Positions 53,404 to 64,000 of a stretch of DNA of 64,000 nt are shown piece after piece. The DNA is taken from assembly GCF_009914755.1 (NCBI RefSeq), contig NC_060940.1, one strand, 5' to 3'. Made by a program: the position numbers and the translations under genes. This stretch comes from the human T2T-CHM13v2.0 reference genome, Homo sapiens. How positions within the stretch are numbered: the stretch's first letter is position 1; each line of letters begins with the position of its first letter. The notes beneath the pieces are model-generated. The model was not told the origin of the DNA and searched no databases. It saw only the letters and a program-made list of their open reading frames with translations.

Positions 53404-55288
53404 TCACCAATGATGACCTTGGGCACATCCCTGGACTTTAGTCACTTCTGTGATTAGGGCTTTCAGTGAACATGCTGCCGACAGGGTAGGTTTTCTATGA
53501 ATGCTTTCTTCCTCTGCCAGTTCTGATGTTCTTTGAGTCTATCCTTGGAGGTAGGATGAAATGGGCTAGGTTTGACCTAATGTTTTCTCATCCTTTAGCC
53601 ACCTCCTCCTAGAGGCCCCTTTTTCCTTAGCATAGTTCTGTATGCCACAAAAGATGCAGAAAAAAATTAGACACCATCAATTTCCAAAGAGCTATAGTCT
53701 TCTGGGAAAATGACAAGCGATAGGGAGAATGTGAAAATGTCAGTGGATGCCAATAATCCCTGTGTGACATTTGGCCTTATCTAAAATATGCTAAGATAAA
53801 GAGGGATGGAAGAGGGTGGTATTTTCTGACTTCTGAGGTCCTTTACAACACTATCATTCTAAGATTCTCCTGTGAGTATATATGTGTCGGGGGAGTGGGT
53901 CTCTGCATGTCCAGATGTACATGTATGTTAACAAAAATAAGGAATGTGTCCGATATATGCAGACTTGGGACAATTCTTTCCCATTCTTTTTACTTTTAAA
54001 TAGATATATAATAGTTTTATTGAGATATGATTCATGTACCATACAATTCACCCATTGAAAGTGTACAGTTAGGGCCGGATGTGGTGGCTCATGCCTGTAA
54101 TCCCAGCACTTTGGGAGGCCAAGGCAGGCAGATTGCTTGAGCGCAGGTGTTCGAGACCAGCCTGGACAAAATGGCAAGACTCTGTCTCTACTAAAAATAC
54201 AAAAAAAAAAAAAAAAAAAGCCAGGCGTGGTGGTGCACACCTGTGGTCCCAGCTACTTGGGAGGCTAAGGTGGGAGGATTGCTTATCCCTGGGAGGCAGG
54301 GCTTGCAGTAAACATTCTCCTGCCTCAGCCTCCTGAGTAGCTGGGATTACAGGTGCTCGCCATCACGCTCACCTAATTCCCGCCCCCCAGCCCAAGGAGT
54401 CTTGCTCTGTCACCCAGACTGGAGGGCAGTGATGCGATCTCAGCTCACTGAACCTCTGCCTCCCAGTTTCAGGAGATTCTCCTGCCTCAGTCTCCCAAGT
54501 AGCTGGGATTACAGGCATGTGGCACCATGCCCAGCTAATTTTTGTATTTTTAGTAGAGATGGGGTTTCACCATGTTGGCCAGGCTGGTCTTGAACTCCTG
54601 ACCTCATGATCCGCCCGCCTTGGCCTCCCAAAGTGCTGGGATTACAGGTGTGAGCCACTGCGCCTGGCCAATTTTTGTATTTTTTATAGAGATGTGGTCT
54701 CACTATGTTGCCCAGGCTAGTTTCAAACTACTGGGCTCAAGTGATCCTCCTGCCTCACCTCCCAAAGTGCTGGGATTACAGGCATGAGCTACCGGGTCTG
54801 GCGTATTACCCAATTGTTTTATTTACTTTCTCTTGATTGCTAGTAAGGTTGAGCCTCTTATGGTTTATTGTCTGTTTTCATGTTGCCTGTGAATTACCTG
54901 TTTGTTTCCTTTGTTCCTTTTTCTTTTAAGTTATTTGTCTTTTTCTTCTTGATTTGTAGGTCTTTATTCTAGATAGTAAACCTTTTGTCATTTAAATATA
55001 TTATAGGTATTTTCAATATGTTACTTGTTTTTTTAACTTATCTTTCATTGCATAGAAGTCTTTAATTTTTATGAGGTTAGGTTTATCACTCTTGTCCTTT
55101 ATTAAAACTTTTAGGTTTTGTGTCTTTCATAGGAAGCCCTTCCTCATTTTAAAATTAGAAAATATTCTGGCCAGGCGTGGTGGCTCATTCCTATAATCCC
55201 AGCCTTTGGAAGGCTGAGGCAGGTGGATCACCTGAGGTCAGGAGTTCAAGACTGGCCTGGCCAACATGATGAAACCCCGTCTCTACTA

Positions 55289-55507
<219 letters not shown>

Positions 55508-56374
55508 TTAAGTTTTTTTTTAGTTTGTATAGTTCTTTAATACATCTGAACTTTATTTTATAAGATAACAGTTTGACGCTATGTTTTTTTCTACATGGAA
55601 ATTTTCCCAAGGCCATTTACTGAGGCCATCCTTTCCCCACTAATTTAAAATAGGGTGAGAACCTTTTAATGGATTTTGGTACCAAGTGAGAAACTGCTTT
55701 CTTAAAAAGAATGAACTAGTTTATGCAAACTGACATGGGCAATGTGTATCTGCCCATTTCACTGCAGCCTTGCGAGTATTAGTATGGTTGTTGTATTGAT
55801 TGTAATTTAAGTTAATTTAAATTACAACTTAATTTGTGTTTATATTGATACAAAGTTATTTTCATTTCTCAGTGATATAAATAATGGTATATGGAATACT
55901 TTATTGAATAGAATCAATGCCAAAACACCTGGTATTATAGAAAGCCTTAAAAAATGACTAGGGGCAGGCGTGGTGGTTCATGCCTGGAATCCCAACATTT
56001 TGGGAGGTCAGGGTAGCAGGATGGCTTGAGCCCAGGAGTTTGAGTCCAGCCCGGGCAATACAGTGATACCCTGTCTCTACAAAAAAATTTTTTTAAATTA
56101 GCCAGGTAGGTGGCACACGCTTGTAGCCCTGCCTACTCAGAAGACTGAGGTGGGAGGATCACTTGAGCCTAGGAGGTTGAGGCTCCCGTGAGCTGGGATC
56201 GTGCCACTGCACTCCAACCTGCACGACAAAGTGAGACCCCATCTCAAAAAAATAAAGAAAGAAAGAAAATACAAGAAAAGGGCCGGGCACGGTGGCTCAC
56301 GCCTGTAATCCCAGCACTTTGGGAGGCCAAGGCGGGCGGATCACGAGGTCAGGAGATCAAGACCATCCTGGCTA

Positions 56375-56653
<279 letters not shown>

Positions 56654-56659
56654 TCACAG

Positions 56660-56889
56660 GATCTTCTGCAGGACAACTGGTCCTTATCACAGCCAGGGTG
56701 ACCACAGAAAGGACTGCAGGAACCTGCCTATATTTTAGTGCTGTTCCAGGAATCCTACCCTCCAGCCAGCCACCCATATCCTGCTCAGAGGAGGGGGCTG
56801 GAAATGCCACCCTGAGCCCTAGAATGGGTGAGGAATGTGTTAGTGTCTGGAGCCATGAAGGCCTTGTGCTGACCAAGCTGCTCACCTCG
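56660..56889 (+). CDS. TMEM219: TMEM219 coding exon (230 nt; GSSAGQLVLITARV...LTKLLTS)
   Basis: Acceptor tttcacag|GA, donor TCG|gtaaga; frame continues from the previous exon. Confidence 0.95.
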
Positions 56890-57771
56890 GTAAGAGCCTC
56901 AGATGGGTCGCCAGGGTTTTGTAGACTGCCTGCTGACTACTGTATCTTGAAGGTCCCTGGAAACAATTCTACCTTGTAGAAAAAGCACAGGTTTTATAAC
57001 CCTGCCTTGGGGGCTGTGTGACGTAGAACAAGTGTCTAAACATCTCTGAGTGTCAGCATCCTCATCTGTAAAACAGAAAACATGACCCTATCTCTTAATT
57101 CCATCAAATAAGGATTAAATGAGAATGACCGTGAAGTGCCCAGCACATTGCCTGGGACATAGAGATTTGATAAGTGACAGCTATTGTTGTTTACTATTGT
57201 CTTTAAAACATTCTCTCTACTTCAAAGGAGTTCAGAAGCTATAATAAGAGGCAAATGGGCTAATTGCTATTAGAGAGATGTGAGCAAAGTGTTATGCAAA
57301 CACAGAGAAAGGAGCCATTAACCCTAACTTGAACATTTATGGAGAGTGCATCACAGAGAAGGTGGCATTTACCAGAGAGCATTGTGCACAGTGGTTTATA
57401 ATGCACAAAGTGCTCTCAGGGTTCATTAATTCATTTGATCTTAAAATAGCCTTTTGAGGTAGGTGTTATTATCCCATTTTACAGATGAGGAAACAGGTTT
57501 AGAGAAAGGGAGTGAATTGCTGCAGGCCACACAACTGGTTAAGTGGCAGAGCCAGGGTTGCAACCCACACCTTCTGTCAAGTCAGAATGATCCTTGAAGA
57601 ATGAGGAAGATTTGGACAGGGACTGCAGTAGAGGAGGTTCAGGAGAGGGGGAGGTACACTCCAGGCAAAGGCACCAGCATGCGCACAGGCCTGGAGATTG
57701 AAAAGTGTTCAGCCAGGTGTCACATCTGTAATCCCAGCACTTTGGAAGGCCGAAGCAAGGAGAATGCCTGA

Positions 57772-58066
<295 letters not shown>

Positions 58067-58163
58067 TGATCCACCCACCTCAGCCTCCCAAAGTGCTGGG
58101 ATTACAGGTGTGAGCCACTGCGCCTGGCGACCCCATTTCTTAAAAAAAACATTTTTTTTTTTA

Positions 58164-58337
<174 letters not shown>

Positions 58338-58715
58338 TCAGCCTTTGGGAGCACTCCATGTTGAGAGGCTTAGGAAGGAGAAAAGGCAAGAGAGACCACA
58401 GGGATTTGATGGAGAGGCTCTGTGAATGCAGGATAGAGGGCTATGACCTGATGCTGAAGGCCGTGGGGGCCACTGAGGAGTTTTAAGGAGGAGAGAGATG
58501 TGCTTCCCTGGTGCTGGGTGGAGAATGGCTGAGTGGAGGAGGGCCATCAGTCAGGAGGCTGCTGCACACTCCACTCTCACATTTGAAAATACCCCATGAG
58601 GCACGGTGGCTCACGCCTGTAATCCCAGCACTTTGGGAGGCCAAGGCCGGTGGATCACTTGAGGTCAGGACCAGCCTGGCCAACATGGTGAAACCCCATC
58701 TCTACTAAAAATTTA

Positions 58716-59164
<449 letters not shown>

Positions 59165-59693
59165 TAGCCAGGATGGTCTCAATCTCCTGACCTCGTGATC
59201 CACCCACCTCGGCCTCTCAAAGTGCTGGGATTACAGGTGTGAGCCACCGCACCCAGCCACTTATACATCTTTAAACTGTGGATCATAATGAAGTTTCCTA
59301 TCTCATGGAGTTATGATGGGGTTTCAGGTTGATAATTGGGCAAGAAAGTAGTTTTTAAACCATCAAGACAAATGTTCGAGCCTGGGCAACATGGTGAAAC
59401 CCCATCTCTACAAAAAAACACACAAAAAATTAGCTGGGCGTGGTGGCACACACCTGTGGTCCCAGCTACTCAGGAGGCTGAGGTGGGAAGATCGCTGGAG
59501 CCCAGGAGGCGGAGGTTGCAGTGAGCCGAGATTGCACTACTGCACTCCAGCCTGAGTTACAGAGTGAGACCCTGCCTCAAAAAGAAAAAAAAAAAAAAGG
59601 GCCAGGCGCGGTGTTTCACGCCTGTAATCCCAGCACTTTGGGAGGCCGAGGTGGGCGGATCATGAGGTCAGGAGATCAAGACCATCCTGGCTA

Positions 59694-59909
<216 letters not shown>

Positions 59910-60042
59910 TTATATGAAAATAACATTTTCCCTTCAGTTGCTCCCTAGATGTGGAGAGCCCTCTCCCTCATGGAGGCTCCTTCTATAGCCCTTGGACTGG
60001 ATTAACATGTCCTCCTCCTCCTCTCCCTGTACCCCTCCCTAG

Positions 60043-60180
60043 GAGGAGCTGGCTCTGTGTGGCTCCAGGCTGCTGGTCTTGGGCTCCTTCCTGCTTCTCT
60101 TCTGTGGCCTTCTCTGCTGTGTCACTGCTATGTGCTTCCACCCGCGCCGGGAGTCCCACTGGTCTAGAACCCGGCTCTGA
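60043..60180 (+). CDS. TMEM219: TMEM219 last coding exon (EELALCGSRLLVLGSFLLLFCGLLCCVTAMCFHPRRESHWSRTRL*)
   Basis: Acceptor ccctag|GAG; TM helix; TGA 60178-60180; total CDS 723 nt = 240 aa; exon continues to donor CAG|gtgagg at 60213/60214. Confidence 0.95.
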   Translation, partial: EELALCGSRLLVLGSFLLLFCGLLCCVTAMCFHPRRESHWSRTRL

Positions 60181-61584
60181 GGGCACTGGCCTAGTTCCCG
60201 ACTTGTTTCTCAGGTGAGGTTCTTTGCTCCAGTCCTGCGGGAGCAGGGAATGGGGTGGGGGTGGGGGTTGTAACTGGGGTAGAGCAGATCCTTGGACTTT
60301 TCCTCAAAGACTGCTGCTTCTGAGTCCCCGAGAACCTCTTCAACCACAGCTCTCCCTTAGGGACTGGGAACAATTTGACACCGTCAGCATTCAATATTTT
60401 TCTAATTACTTTAACTTTTTTATTATAAAATATTTAACACTTATGTAGAAAAGTCCAATAGCATAAAAGGACAGCTTGGCAAATTATTATAAAGTGGATA
60501 CTTATAAATACCACTGAGTAGAATATTACCAGCTGTCCAGAAACCCCCCATGGTCCCTTCCTTCCTGACAATGCCCTCTCTCTCCCTAGAAATTACTGTC
60601 CTGCTTTATAATGTATTGCCATGTATGTATTCCTAAATAATATAGTTTGGTTTTACTTATTTTTGAAACTATGTAGACAGAATCATACACATTCTTTTGT
60701 GGCTGACTTCTTTCAAGCAACATTGTGATTTTAAGACTCATAACTAGTTCACATCCAAGCATTTGGGTAACAATGGTGAGTTAAGAGGGTTCACATTTGA
60801 TGATTTGTCCTGAATATGAACCATGTTTGTCTTGCTTTTGTCCTGAAATTCCAATACCCAGTTTTATGATGGAAATTTTGTAAAATTCAACTTGAACCGC
60901 TCAGAAGAGTCTAACTGATGATACTCATTTACTGGGGACATAGTATGTGCCCAAGAACTTGACATGCACCTTCTGTCTTCCATTTAGTCATCGTTACCTT
61001 TAGAAAAAGCTGATTCCGTTAACAAGATCTTTGGAGGGAATCAGCTTCACAAACGTAGCAGTGGGTGGGGGTCATGTTGGTTAACCAGTTCACACATCAG
61101 CTCACTAAAGGAAAAAATATTTCTGCAAAAAATCTTCACTTGTCAGAGGGGGGTGCATGAAATTTGAGAGCCATGTGTTATGCATCCAGCTCTTGAACTG
61201 GTCTCAGCTTCAGCTGGCTGCAGTGCCCTAGGAAGTTACTATGGGAAAAGTGGAAATAGTTGAGGCCCAGGGAACTGATCAGGCCAGAGGAAGTGGAAGC
61301 TCAAGATCAACTGTGCTTATTTTGCTGATGGCTGGGCCTAAATGCCCCAACCACCTACTTGGGACAGGAAATGACAGGACCCTGTCAACCTTGGACTGGG
61401 AAAGGAGGGCTTCCTGGCCCCTGACAGACCCTGGGGTCCTGAGGCTACCTTAGTTGGGATTAAATGCCCGTATTGGTCTCTAGCTGTCACTCCCTCTGCT
61501 CCTTCCTCAATTTCTGCACACATCTCAGAGCTTCCTCTAGCAGCTCTTCGACCTGTTTTGTTGTTTTATTTTCTTTCTCCCCAG

Positions 61585-61685
61585 GTGTGAATCAACTTCT
61601 TGGGCCTTGGCTCTGAGTTGGAAAAGGTTTTAGAAAAAGTGAAGAGCTGGAATGTGGGGGAAAATAAAAAGCTTTTTTGCCCAGT
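61585..61685 (+). other. TMEM219: TMEM219 terminal 3'-UTR exon
   Basis: Strong polypyrimidine tract and ccccag|GTG acceptor at 61584; AATAAA within the exon. Confidence 0.8.
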
Positions 61686-61710
61686 GGCGTGTATGGTGTT
61701 TATTGGGGGT
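61663..61710 (+). terminator. TMEM219 polyadenylation signal and GU-rich downstream element
   Basis: AATAAA 61663-61668 followed by gtggcgtgtatggtgtttattgg. Confidence 0.8.
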
Positions 61711-62509
61711 TGGATTGAGGTGGGGATTTTAGGGTAGGCAGGCTTAGAAGTTTTGGGGGACTCTTTCCTGTTGACTCTCTAGTTTGGACACAGGTTGGCA
61801 TAGGGCATAGGTTACTTGAGCTCTCCCCATGGTTGACTTGGCTTTGGTAAACACCTGTCTTGTTTTCTTCTACGAAATAAAATGGATAATTACAGTTAGT
61901 TGGGCGGGTGGGGTGTCAGGTCATGGAAATGCTGTGACATAAATGCACTGTGACCTTGGCAAGTCTTGCAACCTGCAGCGCCTCAATTTCCGTAAGAGAT
62001 TTGACCGATTGAGTTTTCCCAGCGTCGACGCGCAAAGATTCCTCGCACTTGGAGGCCCTTTTCCAGGTTAGATGGTTGCTAACCTCGGAGCAGTCTATTT
62101 TCCCGCCTTTTCCGCGCCCAGCAGCAGCTTCCTTTGCCCCTCCCAACTTCCAGCCTGCGCGCAGTCGCAGATCGCCGCTGCTGTCCGTCCACCCGCGCCC
62201 CCTCAAAGCTTCCCCTAGCAACAAGCTCGGGCTCAGAGCGAAGGCGGGGCGAGCGCATGCGCTGCAGCTCTGTCCACCGCCAGTCGTGGGACAGAGTGCC
62301 GGGCTCCTCCCCTTGCAAGTCTAGCTCTTCTCCCCGCCTCCTCCGGCCTGGGGTCCGCGTGGCGGGGCGGGCGCGCACTCGGGCTTGGCGGCTGCCGGTC
62401 TCCCAGGCCGCGGCAGTGAGGAGAGAGGGCGGGGCTGAGTCCTCTGCGCCCCCGCCCCCTTTAGCCCGGCGTCCCTACCGCGCCTGCGCGCTCCCGCCCG
62501 GTCTCCATC

Positions 62510-63283
62510 TTGGAATTGGGAGGAAGAGGGAGAGGGAGACCGGGACGAGACCGGGGCTGTGGTGCGGAGAGAGGCTGAGACGGAGAAGAGGAGAGGCAGA
62601 GAGGGCGCGGGGACCGTCAGCAGCACCTTAGCTACAATCGTTCAGCTATTCTCGGAAGAGAGAAGGGAGAGGGAGGAGGCCGGGGCGGGAGTGGGGGCTG
62701 TCACCCTCGGACCCCGGCGTGAGAGGGGCCGTGCGGCCGGACGTCCTCGGGGTGGGCCCCCAGTCGGTGGCCGAAGACCTACAGCTCAGGCCCCTGGGTC
62801 CCAAATTTCCAGGCTTTGCCCCTCCTCCTTTCTCAGATACCCGGGTAACAGTCCTCATAGTCCAGATATCCGGGACTCGGGTCCCAACCTCTCTAAACCT
62901 GGGTCTCTGTTTCATAGAATTTCAAATATCAGGTTCAGGCCCCTGCGTGCACCAGTATCCGGGGTTCATTCCCCGGGCGTTCAAATATCGGATTCAGTCT
63001 CCATCCCGTTCAGATATTCGGGGTTCAGACCCCACAATCAGAAATCCGGAATTCGGCAGCTGTCGCCCTCGACGAGGGGGAGGACTGGACCGCGAGGTCA
63101 GATTAGGTTGTCACCCCCTCCCCTCCAGGGGAGGCTTCCCGGGCCCGCCCCTCAGGAAGGGCGAAAGCCGAGGAAGAGGTGGCAAGGGGAAAGGTCTCCT
63201 TGCCCCTCTCCCTGCTTGGCAGAGCCGCTGGAGGACCCCAGGCGGAAGCGGAGGCGCTGGGGCACCATAGTGACCCCTACCAG
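62510..63283 (+). other. TAOK2: TAOK2 non-coding exon 1 (long 5' leader; start approximate)
   Basis: Donor CAG|gtgaga at 63283/63284; no ATG in the exon; no TAOK2 coding sequence is visible in the window, so identity rests on synteny. Confidence 0.7.
62772..63066 (+). repeat. Degenerate ~29-30-nt tandem array, ~10 units, core YCARATATCCGGRTTCAG
   Basis: Unit starts at 62772, 62801, 62833, 62862, 62893, 62922, 62952, 62981, 63010, 63038. Confidence 0.8.
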
Positions 63284-64000
63284 GTGAGACACGGGGTGCA
63301 GGGGCGCGGGTCCCTGTGTCTAGTTCTGAGAAGAAAGGGTGCGCCTTTCTGAGAAGCTGGACTTGGGTAGGCCCTCTCAGGATGGGGAAGCCCAGCTGAG
63401 CGAGTGGTCAGCCTCTGGCTAGCCTTGCCTTCTGTTGCCACCCCCTTCCCCTTCCTCTTCCCTTCATTGTGTCTGGTTGGTGGGGGACCTCAGGTGACAG
63501 GGTCTCTGATGTCACCGGGGTTCACACCCTAGGGTGCTTCAGCTAATCAGATGGATTTGCACTTCAGTCTTCTCTCCTTCACTTTGCCCCTCACAGCCAC
63601 CTCTCCTCCCTGATATGTCCCGTTCTCCTGGCTATTCTGTGGTTTTGATTCCCATGCCTCTGATTCCCATGGTGGGTCTGCTTATCTGCTTTTCAGGCCT
63701 GGTCTGGTTGGATTTCTTGTCCTTGCAAGGAAGTGTGTGTATATGTGTTTGTGTGTATGCGTGTGTGTGTGTGCTTGGAGGTGCCTGGCAATGTTTTCCC
63801 CCAGCTGCAGTTACCTTCCAACCTCTTGCTGTGATGGTATCAATAATCTCATCCATTTGTCAAACGATCTGTCTTTTACAAAGTGCTTTGACAGCCATTC
63901 TCTCATGTGACATCCCCGCATTCACCCTGTGGGGGCCTCTTTTATTGGCATCTTCCCATTTTACAGTTGAGAACGTTGAGGCCGAGAGAGGTTGCCCAAG

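Larger units (their letters stand above)
62020..63320. promoter_or_regulatory. CpG-island promoter of TAOK2
   Basis: CpG-dense; NRF1 GCGCATGCGC 62253-62262; several GC boxes; YY1-like CCATCTT 62505-62511. Gene identity is from known gene order downstream of TMEM219. Confidence 0.8.

Noticed and set aside
60797-60846. C/D-box snoRNA-like motifs (TTGATGA...CTGA...CTGA)
   Set aside because: Only ~50 nt, imperfect C box and no convincing terminal stem.
62772-63066. CRISPR interpretation of the core/spacer array
   Set aside because: Human DNA, degenerate repeats, spacers only ~12 nt, and no cas genes.
62559-63287. 242-aa and 183-aa ORFs over TAOK2 exon 1
   Set aside because: Non-ATG starts, no kinase similarity, and the repeat period is not a constant multiple of 3.

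Overview
Human genomic DNA that I recognise from the encoded proteins as the 16p11.2 (BP4-BP5 CNV) interval. It holds the 5' half of KCTD13 on the minus strand (coding exons 1-4; later exons lie before base 1), the complete TMEM219 gene on the plus strand (non-coding exon 1, four coding exons giving 240 aa, and a 3'-UTR-only last exon), and a CpG island with a long non-coding first exon that I assign to TAOK2 by gene order. The rest is very Alu-dense. It also contains nested L1, MaLR, ERV1, Tigger and MER1 elements and a decayed 18S rRNA fragment. Nearly all ORFs in the supplied track are Alu/L1-derived or GC-rich artefacts. The most striking unexplained signal is a degenerate array of about 10 units, period about 29-30 nt, with a conserved core (YCARATATCCGGRTTCAG) and variable spacers, inside the ATG-free TAOK2 5' leader. 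Other notable observations are a ~180-bp non-Alu inverted duplication in KCTD13 intron 2, a templated Alu-fragment insertion inside a perfect hairpin, an L1 3' transduction, and an Alu target-site duplication that copied a TMEM219 splice donor. Repeat subfamily names come from recalled consensus sequences, and repeat boundaries are approximate.
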